From assembly GCF_003704095.1 (NCBI RefSeq), contig NW_020845022.1, positions 1-64,000 of the forward strand: 64,000 bases of DNA. The letters are read 5' to 3'. Position 1 is the stretch's first letter, and each line of letters starts with the position of its first letter. The stretch is from Pocillopora damicornis (taxonomy: Eukaryota). Below, piece by piece: positions 25,415-37,763 of the stretch. The position numbers and the translations under genes were made by a program. A model generated the notes under the pieces. That model saw only the letters and a list, made by a program, of their open reading frames with translations, ran no database searches and had not been told where the DNA came from.

Positions 25415-26718
25415 AGATAGAACAAGAAAATTAAAAGAAGATGAGAAAAAAGCAAGAATTTATGAGCTGTCTAGAGTACAGAATCAGGTTACTTTTTCTT
25501 ATCTCTGGTGGAAAAAAGTCACCCATCAGAAAATCATGTTTTAATGCTACAGAAATATTCTAAGTTTATCAACATTTGGAGAACACACTAGAATAATAGT
25601 TCTGAATTATAAATCAACTCATTACCGTGGTCTATAACCGTATTTGTTAAAAGGGACATCGTATGTAACAATGACAGGTTAAGAAATAATTAAGTAAGGG
25701 TAATGGCAAAATAAGAGCTTACATTTTCATTCTTAAATCAATGCGAGTTTGTAAGAGAACAGTGTAATTTCAACCAAGTCAGTATTTCAATAAATATGAT
25801 AGGTTAAAGTTTTCCTTAAATTCCAGCTTAGAATATATGACATGATGATAAAGTAAGGACATGGAATTTCTAAATAGGAAATTCTATTGTAGTATTCTGC
25901 CGGGATTAGTACCGAATTAGCCTGCGTTTCCGGCGTCGTTTTTTTTTTTTTTTAATTTTTTATTTATTTAATTATTTTTTTATTTGGCGCTTTGGGAAAA
26001 TCTACACAGCGCAACCGCGAAATTTGAGTGGAGAAACCGTACAAAGCCTCCCTTGGCAAAACCGCTAAACGCTTCAAAGCACACACAGAAACGCCAGTTA
26101 CGCAAACTGCTGGAAATATTACAAAAAGGAACAAAAACTTTTTTTGTATGCATTAAAAATTTCAAAGACCAATGTTTTCAGCCAAGGTTTAGTTACAAGT
26201 TGTAGGTCGATCCTGAGAAAGATTTGATCGGAGCGCGTTGCATAAAGGGAAGTGCGAATGTTTCTGCGTTCTTCCCAACATTCTCCGCAATCGTCAGGGT
26301 GACAGCCTGTGTGCTATGACAGTAGAACTAAAGGTATAGGGACATGTAAGGTACCTTTCCGTAAATAATGGTTCACTGAGTGCTTAGTTTCCTATTACAC
26401 AGGTTCCGTAGGGAGCGAGATATTTTTTCGTCTTGTCAGAAGCGTGGTACAAATATCAAAGTCGGTATTCCCGTGAGGAATCGTCCCTGAAATACTGTTT
26501 ACACGGACGAAAAATCAGGTCTAGATCCGTCAAAACTAAAAAAAAGTGATTCGCACATAATTTTTTTCAAGGTTCAGACGCAAATGCCCCCAAAACATTA
26601 AAAAACACTTGTCCTTACCCACCGTATTAAAGAACATGTTGTGCATAGTTTGCACCTGCAAAGAATTGAAGCCCGTACTCATTTAGAGTTAGACCTTTCC
26701 CTTTCGCGTTCTGATGCT

Positions 26719-26850
26719 CCGAAGGTCTGAGGTTCGATTCCTCATGGGTGCTCAGGATTTCGTTTTTGTTTTTCCCACGATCGTGACAAGACGAAAAGAC
26801 CTTTTTCTTTATAACAACGAGCTCAAAATCTATCATCTTTCATATTCTAT
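26719..26850 (+). mobile_element. tRNA-derived SINE fragment (smaller inverted fragment about 26423-26483)
   Basis: B-box GGTTCGATTCC followed by ...CGTGACAAGACGAAAA. A reverse-complement match lies about 300 bp upstream. Confidence 0.55.
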
Positions 26851-28980
26851 TGAATTGTTGAAAAGAATGGGAATATGTACACTAAATTGACTAATTTCTA
26901 AAACCCTACAAAAAAAATGAAACAGAGAGAAAGATTTGAAAAAAATCGTGAATCGAGAAAAAAAAAGGAAGCCTGTAGTGCAGACGTCTTACTGGAGCGT
27001 GTTAGTTTTGCAAGCTTGTGATCGTTTATCGGATTGGGCGGGTCATGTTTGATAAGAGTAAGAGTAAACGGTGAGGGGAGGGGGAAGGGAAAGGCCCACC
27101 CCCTTCCCTCTCCTTTCTCAGTGACCGTCGCTCGTTCCCTTGGTACAAATTTCTTACTCTGCCCAGCCTTTTACAGCTGTAGATATCAAAGAGGGCAGCT
27201 ATAATTTTCACCTCGAAAAATACAGGGCACTCGCTCGCTAAAATTACGCCTGCTCTGCAGGCTAGAATAAAGGAAATTTTAGAGTGTTGGTTGCCAAGAG
27301 CGTGGAAGGGACATCGTCTGGGTCTTCTACGTTGAATCAAATCTCAGACTTCCAGATATTTGGCTTTGAGGCCCTGCCAACGAGCTTCAGGGAATTCTGT
27401 GGTGAACCAAGTCACTATTAGCTTCACGCATTCTGAATAATGCCAGCGTTCTGAATAATGCTAAGATCAGCTAAGTTGAAATCACGAAGTATGTTTATAG
27501 AGTGAGAGAACGATGGTAAATTTTTAGTTCCGTCGTCGAATAAAGAAAACAGAAATTAGTCTGAAAAAGGTACTTAAGTTTTTAAGGAAATTGGATTAGC
27601 CTAAAGTTTTTTTGCAGGCACGGACAGAGAAATGGACATGATGGTAATAAAGAAAATATCTGGAAATGTCTTGAAATAATTGCACGCAAATTGTGGGTCA
27701 ATAGATAACGCGAATGATGTGCCACAGGAGCCCATTACTCAAGTAATGGGCTGCTGTGTTCCATCAAATCATGTATTGCCCTTAGCAAATTGATTTACTT
27801 GGCTGTCGACGCTAGAAGGTCTTCTTTCCTTTTTTCTCTGTGCGATAATTATACACCTGTAAAATTTTTCAAACAATGAGGAACTTAGTGGAACGTGGAA
27901 AGACATTTGAATTTTTCAAAAATATTTTGTAGTCGAAAGCAGAGCGAGTCATAAAATCGGAATGATGATGTAAGATAAAGAAAAAAAAATAAGATTCTGA
28001 CAAAAAAGACGTCAACAATGTAATTTTATTTTGGGATGTAACCTGTCATCGTCAAGCAATATGCTTATTCATATCATTTCATAACCGGTAATATTTGGTC
28101 TCTGCGACAGTATTATACCGACGGAACTACAACGCCTACATTTTAAAAAAGTGTTGGAATTTTTAATATTCCGTACGGGAAAGGATATCGTTAATAACTC
28201 TCGACTCCTACGGATCGCGATACATTTCAAAATTTTCCACTAGGGATAAAATTGATCTTCGACAATGAACGTTTTTCATTTAAGTACCTGTTATATTTTG
28301 TGTAAACATTTTAACAGAAGATCGGAAAAAACATTAAACAATTTGAGATGAAATAAAAATTATTTGCACGTTGAAAGAAAAAAAATGAAGTATGAATTGA
28401 ATTATTTTTAATAGAAAGATTTCAAAACATTACTTATCGTCGGATTTTCTTCCGATTATCGACGGATTTTCTGAAACACAATGAGAGGAAGGCTTAACAG
28501 CGCATGTTTTCTTGGAAACGAGAGCGTCTCGTTAAATATCAATACTTGGACGTGAGCCATAAACACCTCCACGTATATTAAATATTTAGTGTTTACGATT
28601 CAAGGGTTTCTGCTTTGAAAGCCTCACAAAATTTCAAGTGCTGTTGCGTGTAGAATTGCAGAGTTGCACTGATACGCGTTCTTGAACATTTAGCTGGGTT
28701 CTTCCTTGCAACACGCGAAATTATTTTAAAACGCCATTCATAGAGACCAAATATCTTTAATAAGTCGGCAATGTTTGACTTTTATGGTGATATAAGAATG
28801 ATATCTAAAGAAGGTGATGAAGGGCATGAATTCGAGACGTGACACACAATTCCTGTAGTATCAGATTTCCGTCATCGCAGAACGTTTCAGTCCATTTGTT
28901 AACTGCGATACAAGTTGCATACTACATTGCGTGGTTGATGTTTGATAAAGATCTCTCTTAAGCACGGGAAAGTATATAAT

Positions 28981-29712
28981 ATGTCGGATACTGAGCTTCA
29001 GCGAAGTGAAAGTTTTATGGCCACAGAAACGGACTCGGGAATGGCCAGCGATGCTGCGATTGTGCGGAGAGACGAAGAGATTTTTCAAGAAATGAAATCT
29101 AGAGAGACGGATTTCACTTTCAAGATAATGTGTGTTGGAGACTACACGGGCTTTGGAAAGAAGGGAGGCTTTGTGTCGGATTATATACATCGTCGGCCGC
29201 TAAGCTTTTATCACAAGCCGACGATCGGAGTCGATTTTTACTTAAATTTTATTACATGGAGCGACCAGACAACGAATCAAGACTTCACTGTGAAACTGCA
29301 ATTTTGGGATGTCGCCGAACATGAACGCTTTCTCAAGATGACAAGTGTGTTTTGTAGGAACTGCGTCGGCGCATTGGTGTTCTGGGGACCAAAGAGCCCA
29401 TCTCCTCTTGGCAGTGTTTTAAAGTGGGGCGAAAAGATCAAAGAAGCGAACCCAAAAGACGCCAATATACCTCTGGTTCTTATTATAGAAAACATTCCAA
29501 CGTCTAAACGGGGTAAACCTGTTGATTGGATCGGCCCCGGGAAATTAATCGAAAACAAAGTTCTGCTGGATGAGTTTTGCGCCAGGAATGGATTCGTTGG
29601 TTGGTTTCAGCTCGTGTCAAGAGAAGAAGATGGTTATACCGGCGTGATGACAAGAGCAGTAGACTGTCTTGTTCAAAATATTTTCAAACAACGTAATCTC
29701 CGAAAGCCGTGA
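28981..29712 (+). CDS. Intronless Rab32/38/29-like protein B with altered nucleotide-binding motifs, 243 aa
   Basis: First ATG is at 28981 (the track start is TTG). FKIMCVG, PTIGVDF, ITW, VKLQFWDVAEHERF..MT.VF, VLKW, IPLVL and DEFCARNGFVGWF all match Rab32/38. Confidence 0.88.
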   Translation: MSDTELQRSESFMATETDSGMASDAAIVRRDEEIFQEMKSRETDFTFKIMCVGDYTGFGKKGGFVSDYIHRRPLSFYHKPTIGVDFYLNFITWSDQTTNQDFTVKLQFWDVAEHERFLKMTSVFCRNCVGALVFWGPKSPSPLGSVLKWGEKIKEANPKDANIPLVLIIENIPTSKRGKPVDWIGPGKLIENKVLLDEFCARNGFVGWFQLVSREEDGYTGVMTRAVDCLVQNIFKQRNLRKP

Positions 29713-31979
29713 CGATTGTTTGAACTTCTGGTGTGGATACTGAATGCATGCCAAATTTGTAAGTATTTCCGGTCTCGGTGTTCAATTACATCATTGTTAC
29801 CCTGAGCGGTTGTGAACAGTCACGAGATACTCTAAGTGGCTTTCTTCACAAACACCGTATTCGGAAGTTCATTCTGTAAATTCCTGAAGAAATAAAACCA
29901 AAAATAGCTTCTAACTTGAAAATCACGAAATACGATTTGTCATCGAACTCTTTAAACCGTGCGTGAAGTTCATTCCATGCTTTTTGAAGGAAAACGAACG
30001 ATAATTTGGAGCAAATCAAACTCGTGAACGTGGGTTATTGTAGCATCGTTTCGTAACATTTACTATATTACGCTCCATATCATTAATTGTACAGCAAGAG
30101 AAATAGTTTTGAATTCGGCGACTGAATTAAGAAACAAGACAAAAAGTAATGTTGTGGGACCTATTCAGGGTTTTTATTATTTATTAAATTAATTTTGCAA
30201 AATTCTATTGGACTTTTAAGCCCCAAAGAGAATCTCTTTATAATTTTTTTTCTCTATAGGTAATGTTCAAAATCAAATGTTAAGATAATGAGAGACTTAA
30301 CTTCGCTAGAAGAATAAAAAAATTTTGGAGTGCCCTTGGCTGCCTCTTAGTACTTAGACAGTATATTCCATGATTCCTCACCATAATCCGTAAACAGATT
30401 AAAGGAGTGTGCCCTGCTTAACTCCAATCTTCCCTAACACCCAGTAGTTCTAAAGCCGGTTACCGCTAAAACAATAACAAAAAAAATTTGTTTTTTGATT
30501 TCTCATGCAAAAATTCAGGATTAAGGGGAGGGGGAGAGGGCGGGGGGTCTTGGGTTAACTCTGTAGGGTTCTAGTGCCGCATGAGGCAAATCCTTAGTTT
30601 TGAATAATCCTCTCAAGCTTGCGAGCACGCCCTCATTAGGCTAGCCTACCTGTAGCCGCACCCTCCCCTCTCGCTTCCGTTTAACCTGTTATTAGGCGCG
30701 AGCTTTTCTTCGCCCGCGGAAAATTATCAGGCCTTGAGCAACGCGAGCGGCAAAAGGTGTGCGAAGGGGTTTAACACTATTAGCGCCAGACCCCTGGAAA
30801 ACCTCCCCCTGACTCTTCTCATCTTCCCGCGTCGTACAGCGCTAATAACGAGAACCTACTAAATCCACTCTAGCTCTGACCTTCATGTAGCCGTACCCTT
30901 CCCTACCCCCCCCNNNNNNNNNNCTAAATCCACTCCAGAATCAAATATGGACGAAAGGGGATTGGTCGGGCTTCACAAACGCGGAGTTTTATAAATGCAA
31001 TCAGTTTGTGATGAGGACGGTATCCAAATATAATTTGGTTCAGTTTTGGTTTACAGAATGTCGTCCTCTTCTAGGAAGTCCAACATATCAAAAACGGGGG
31101 AAGGATCGAGTGACTCGTTCTGTTAAAGATAAAACTAGTGATGGTGTAAACGCTTTAATTACTCCGCCGATTAACTTATTTTACTGCCGAATGGTTTCAA
31201 AGATACCTCTCTCGCCACCACTACACGCCAATACCAAACATGTAAACAACGAAGAACATCGCGTAAGTCAAAAGAAAACAGCGCAAAAAAAATTTACGTT
31301 ACGCGGCGCGCCGAACTATAGGAGTTAGGCCTTAGCTAACAGCGGGCTAACATCGGGCTAACATCAAGTTCTTTCTTCGCCGATTTTTTTTTTTTTTTTT
31401 TTTTCGCGCGACGGAGCATATAAAATATACAAAAGTAATCAAATCTCATGTAATTGCATCTAGAGCGGGTTTCTTAAAAACATAGACAACTTCTTGAATT
31501 CACACACACTTCCGTGTAACTTTCTAAAAACCTCTTCCAGATCAAGGGCCAGGTTCAGGATGAGAGAAATGCTTTTGGACGAGCCAGACGCAGTAACAAA
31601 ACTTGTGATATGAGAACACACAGGGGAGCCTTAGCACACACCTTATCGTGACGCGCACGGTAGCCTTGAGAGTTGCGGCGCTTGCCACAATTCTTAGACT
31701 GGCTTTTAATTTGGGATGTACAAGGGCTTTAAGATTGATAAAAGGCGCTAAATGTAGTTGCATCATCCTTACGGCCGCCTTCCGTCCGTGACAGGCGCCT
31801 AACATGCGCATGATGCGTATGAAATCTTCGAAATCTTGCATTGCCGGTTTCGAAACTCAAAGGACATTTCTATCTAGCTACCACACTGCCAATTTAAGAT
31901 AGAAACAAGAAGAATATAACCTCGACAGCTTGAAAACTAAGAAAACACAATTGTCAACTTCGAATACCTGCTTTCAACC

Positions 31980-32729
31980 ATGACCACTTGTGTTGTATCC
32001 TACGAGAAACCGGAAGAAGAGAACAAAGCAGTTCTGAGCTTACTTGGCGAAGAAATACAGTTGAAATCGTTCAAGAAAAACATTCTGGAAAATGGAGATC
32101 AGCTTCATCTGAAAATAATAATCTTAGGCGACCCAAAGTGGAAAGAGAGGAATCTTATGTCTTCAAAAATAATCCCATTCTGTACCCCGTGGTTACATCG
32201 GGAGGAGATAGTGTGGAGAAATTCGTCAAATTCACATTCTTACACTCTGAAGATCCAGTATTGGGAGCTTTCGCTCATCGACAGATTTCGCTTTCACTGT
32301 GGTAATCGCAAATTGTGCAAATCATGTGATGGCGCGTTGCTGTTCTATGATGTAGAGAAGCCGTCAACGCTTTCCATCGCCCTTGAAAATTTCGAGCTCA
32401 TACAAGCAGCAAATCCTAGCTCTGAACGAAACGGCTTTAAGGTTCCAATCGTTTTGATCGCGATAAATAATAATGCAAACGAAGGTTCCTTTCCAGGAAG
32501 TGAAGAAATGGTCAAAAGGAAGGCGGAAATGGACAAGTACTGTTCACACTATGGATATGTCACATGGTTTGAACTTCCATCACGCAAGATTGACGATTAC
32601 AAGCGGGTGATCGCCAAAGCTGTGGATAGAATTCTACAAGAAATAATTGATTTGTCTCGAAATGGCGTGACAATCTGGGGCGATTGGAAACTGAAGTATG
32701 ACACAAAAGGCAGAGATCATTCTTCTTGA
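31980..32729 (+). CDS. Intronless degenerate Rab32/38-like protein C (putative pseudo-GTPase), 249 aa
   Basis: LKIIILGD, IVW, LKIQYWE...DRF, GALLFYDVEKPSTL, NG.KVPIVLIA, MDKYCSHYGYVTWFE and AV..IL.EI follow the Rab32/38 layout. The N-terminus is shared with ORF 15981. Confidence 0.8.
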   Translation: MTTCVVSYEKPEEENKAVLSLLGEEIQLKSFKKNILENGDQLHLKIIILGDPKWKERNLMSSKIIPFCTPWLHREEIVWRNSSNSHSYTLKIQYWELSLIDRFRFHCGNRKLCKSCDGALLFYDVEKPSTLSIALENFELIQAANPSSERNGFKVPIVLIAINNNANEGSFPGSEEMVKRKAEMDKYCSHYGYVTWFELPSRKIDDYKRVIAKAVDRILQEIIDLSRNGVTIWGDWKLKYDTKGRDHSS

Positions 32730-33363
32730 TAGAACTCCAGAATACTATGTCTCGTCTCGGAGATGGCGAAAGGAAATCTTTACAAGTATTTTGTCGAAAT
32801 TTCCTTTGCCTTGAGTTCACTCTCAAAATCTGAACATAGGTGAATACTTGAACTGGCTTCTAAATTTTTTTACTGGGAAAAATTTCAAACCATGTCACAA
32901 CAATTTGATCAAAATAATTGCACACGCTGTATTTTTGTTAGCTTTCTACGAAAAATAAACAGAAAAACATATATGGCTCACAAAAACAGCAAATACTGTC
33001 AGAGAACAGAAACAGAAAGGTTAAAGAGGCCTTTGAATATGTTTTTTGCACGAGTGCCCATTCAAGTACATGACCTGCAATGAGATTGCGCAGAGCAACG
33101 AAAAAAAGTAGTGATGATGTAAGAAAAAGATGAGAAAACGAACCTTTAGAACCCCTTTGCAGATATTAATCTTAAAATATTGTGTCAAATTTGTTGTGCA
33201 CGTTCTGCCTCTTATAAAGATTTCCCCAAATTTCCCTATTGTGATAAAGATTCCTTATTTCCACAGCAATCACCATGCTGATTAGTGCATCTGCATTTCA
33301 TTTCAGCTGAGGTTATGGCATCATTTCTTTCATGAAGGTACCATTTGTGTCTTAACTATATTT

Positions 33364-36344
33364 TCACTTATGCTTAGCTGCAAATTGCGCAAGTCCACTT
33401 TGTAAGACAGTATGGGTCATTCCTCTTTTCACCAAAACACAAGTTACGCCTGAAAGAATAATTAAAAAATTTAACATGTCTTAGAATTCAAATATCTGGA
33501 AAATGAAGAGTCTTAATGTTTGCTTCTTATTTTGGAAATCATTCCAGGCTAAATTTTGCAGGTAACCTGTTATGAAGCAACATCCAATTTAGTGAAAGTA
33601 GCAAAAATGCAGGTCATTAGTTGTTATGGAAACTGTAATTAGCTCAAAAAGTGAGATTTACTGGTAGGTTTTCATACAAAGAAATTTTTAACCCTCCCTT
33701 GGTCTCAAAGAAGATTGTGCCACCCAACTGGGCCATAATTTGGGTATATTTTTCTTCCACAAGTACCAAATAATTGCTTACCTAATCTGCTAACTTCATG
33801 AATATTCCTTTCTTCATCATCAAAGAAGAGCATATTAGAGTATGCAATTCCACTAGCCTCTACAAATCTGGTAAAAATGAAAAAAAAACAGTACAGACTA
33901 TTTTTATGTGAACCCCTTTCTTCTCACAAAAATACGGACTTGAGTTTGAACACTTCCATGAACATCACTTACAGCAACATGCACTTTAATTTTGCATTGC
34001 GCTGCTGGATAAACCCTGGTGGAAAATAAAATTACTGATTTACAAACCAACCTTTTAAAATGAGCAAGTTTTGACCCAGGATATATCTCCTTGTAGGAAA
34101 AATACTGGTCTATGTCAAGAATTCTCAATAATTCCTGGGCTGTGGGAGGATCTTCAGTTCTGTAGGACAAAATAGTTCATTCGGGATATTGTCAGTATTA
34201 TTTGTCTACATATGAATAACTTAACCCTTTAACTCCCATGAGTGACCAAGACAGAATTTCCCCCTACAGTATCAATACAAAATCAAGGAGACAAGTAATG
34301 AGAACCAAGAAAAGTATAATTAGGGGATTTTTATTTGATCCAATACCAAATTTTCAGATGCAACATCAGAATGATTGTATAGCAGACAGTAAGGAGAATT
34401 ACTAATGAGATCTTGGGAGTTAAAGGGTTAAATGCTAAAGCTAAGAGACGCCTGTAACACCAAAGACTTTAGCTACCTTGGACCCAAGTTTCCTATCCCA
34501 GAACAAAAGTGGTGATAATCCAGATAAGGGTCACACAAAAATTATAAAGCACCACTCTTAATTTGTTATTGAAGGGAAGAGGGGAGAGTATCAAATTGGT
34601 CAATCAATCTTTAAGGGGGGAAGGATCTCGTACATGTTGGCTTAAAAGTGAATGTTGTATATAACTGTTAAACAAAATTTCTGTTTTGTTTTATGCTGCT
34701 ATCAACAATAATGCTACTAGACAGCTGAAAGCATAGATAATACACCACAACTCAAGAGCATAACTTTTTAATGCCTCTGAAAAAGTGCTCATGTTTCACA
34801 AGAGGTCAGTAATGTGATTGGTGGCATAAAATACATTTTCAGTGGTGCACTAACAGCTCTAAGTGCACTAAATTAACACACATCTCCTGTAAATTAAGCT
34901 TGGACTTAAATAAAAAATAACCCTTGTTGATGTATGTTTCCTTATATTCTCTTGATCTTTGTTGTATGAAACCTAATATATTTAGGAGAAATTCTATTTT
35001 ATTTTTGGTCACTGCCAGGAGGCAAAGGGTTAAGTTAAAATTTTGTAACCTTCAAAACTTAATATAATCTTCACCTAGAAGCTGCAGCAAGACACACTCC
35101 TTTAGAGCTGAGATGCTTCAGAATTTCCAACATGTCATTGTACAGTTTCACCTTGTTTCCACCACTGTCCTGTATTGAGCCATTACTTTAAAGCAAATGA
35201 CGTAAACAGAAATTAATAATTCATGGTTGACCAAACCGTCTTAAAAAATTTACCAAGGAAGCCAGAAGTACGGTTGAGATGACTATGTGATGTTCTAGAA
35301 AATATCCATAAACCATCAAAAGATAATATTACAAACAATCAAGAGTTTCTTCAGTTGGTGATCATTTCCATTATTCTCATGACCTTGATGTGTGATTCAG
35401 GGGTGAGAATGTAAGGAGAAATTAGATGACAGTCACTCTTAAGGGTTAAAGGCTTAAGAATAGTATAGCATACCTACTATTACATAACACTCACCTCTTT
35501 TTTGTAAAAGGTGGAGAAACATGAGTGTCAGCCCAAAATGGCCACACTGTAAAATCTGTTACAAAATATTAAGCCATAAGCAAAACCCTTTCCAGCACAT
35601 TTCAATAACTTGTTTGCAATTATTCAGTCACAGGAAATATTGTATCATCCCATATGTAAAATCAAACACTTGTGAGCTCCACAGTCTAAATAAATATTAC
35701 AGGTTTAATTGTCATACTGGCCATGATTCAATGCGTGTGGTTCGCTGGGTAACAGTTCATGTCAGTTTAACTCCTGCCAGCCAATGTTTAGTCTAAAATC
35801 TGATTTCTTCATTCAGAGAACTTGTTTCTCACTTTCAGTACGTTTTTATCGACCCGAGTTTCTTGTAATTAATTTCTTGATTAGAGAAAAGAATGTTAAA
35901 ATAATTGAAATTTCTCATTTGAAGGACACTTGAAACAAGATAACTGACACGCTGAATTTGTTTTCAATATATTTCTTTCTTACGTTGAGACTCTTAATTT
36001 AGTGCTGTTCTTATCACAGTGAAGTCGCTCTTATTAAAAATTTTAAAACTATGATCACATTTCTTCATTTCACAAAACAAGAACTTGAATGAGACTGATA
36101 GTTCTAACTTCAAAAATTGTGATATTGGTATTTCGAACAGAACAAACGTCTTTAATACTACAGACTGCCAGACTAACGCACAGACTACAAGTGGGTGCCC
36201 ATTTGTCTACACCCTTAAATTGTTAGACATAACTAGATTTGTTTGACAATAATTTTAAACAGAAGGAGACGAGAAAAAACACTCACCTAAGTCAAACACG
36301 ACAAGTTCTGGCAGAAATTTTCCGCCATCTTTGCTTGCAGTCAT
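33364..36344 (-). CDS. MDP1: Magnesium-dependent phosphatase 1 (HAD family), 6 exons, 169 aa
   Basis: Exons 36344-36287, 35555-35495, 35185-35075, 34159-34052, 33867-33782 and 33449-33364 (510 nt, phases consistent). Motifs LPELVVFDLDFTVWPFW, AAASRT, EIYPGSK..HF, MLFFDDE.RNI and LGVTC. Confidence 0.95.
34221..34431. mobile_element. TTAA MITE family 1, intact copy
   Basis: TTAA-CCCTTTAACTCCCA ... TGGGAGTTAAAGGG-TTAA: perfect 14-bp TIR with TTAA TSD. Confidence 0.9.
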
Positions 36345-37763
36345 CCTACTCGAGCCCAGTTTTCTTTGTACGAGTAAAACTCACGACTCAGGAGGGGAGG
36401 GAAAGGAAAATAAACACTTTCTACTGATCCTTGCCCTAAATTCAATTTTACAAGGAAATTTTCTCTTGGAGAAATTGTCTCTAATGACAAAATCAGCTAG
36501 TTTGATAATTCTTGTAGATTCAAAAGTGTTGAAACAAATGGAAATAGCCCTGAATGCCTTTGTTCCCTGGTCAGGGAACATATACATACCCTTTTAAACT
36601 TGGTTTAATAACTGCAAATCATGATTATCCCACTAACTCACCAGTAAATATATGAATAATTTTCTGGGTTTCGTTAAGCATTGCATCAAGTTATTGAGGG
36701 TCTGAGCCTCAGTCCAAGAGCAACCACTGATCTTGTTTTAGGCCAGAAAATTTCTAGTTCAGTAAATGAGCTGATTATTGTTTGTTGTTGGTTGATGCCT
36801 TAAGCCTCAGGCATCTCTTTTTGCTACTATTAAGGAAAAACATTATAGTGTTTACAATAACTCTGGTCATATACCTCAAGGGATATGAAATCAGTCTTCA
36901 AACTAGAAAAATACCATTGCTCTGAGAAGGAGTACGTTTCGGCCTCAGATGTCCATGGAATGTTATATTGTGCTAATCCATCATGACTGTTCCACATAAA
37001 AAATTTAATGTCTGACAGTGTTCTTATCTCACGGAAGTTCAATCCGTGTGGTATTTATGGATCTTAAGTTCGTTTCATGACCGCAATAAACTGTTTGTTT
37101 ATTATTCTCCAACTAATACGTTTAAAGGTTAAGAGAAAACAGCTTGAAACTGATTAAGCCTACTCGATTTTATTTGTGACGCACATTACTGTTCCATGAA
37201 TTCTTTCTGAGACATTTACACGGTTTGTCCTAAACCAAGTCACTGAGAGAACACCACAACAAAATGTAATAATCAGTTCTTATTAAATATAATTCTTCGC
37301 GACTGATATATCCGTAGTACTCTGTTCGGGACGAAACCTTACTTGACTGTTTAACGTATTGTTTATTTGTTCAACACCACTTATTAATATGCAGGAAACC
37401 GGTCTGCGCAGAGAATGAATGGCGACATTCACTGAATCTTGCCGCTGTGCACGTAATAGTTCAAATACGATTGTCTTGCTCGCTTTCCATCGATTCCAAA
37501 TGAAAGTTCCGTCATAAATGTTTATCAGGATAACAAATGTACCAGACTGCTCAAATGTTTTTACGTAATACGTAACTTCGTTCGCTAGAGCATTCAAAGT
37601 GTAAACAAAAGCAGTCTGCAAACCGCAAAACTCAGTTTTCCGAGAAATGCGACTTTTTGTGGTAGATCGGAGATGGAAAATGCTATTCAAATGCTTCAAA
37701 ATACGTCTCATTTTTAGTATAACTTGTATCGTCGGCGTGTCCTGTGACCCCAGTGATTTCCAG

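Noticed and set aside
30640-30935. Short direct repeats and C-rich tracts around a 10-N gap
   Set aside because: Likely low-complexity sequence or a gap-closing artefact.
33904-34051. Read-through extension of MDP1 exon 4 in the ORF track
   Set aside because: Intronic; the conserved MDP1 sequence resumes at 33867.
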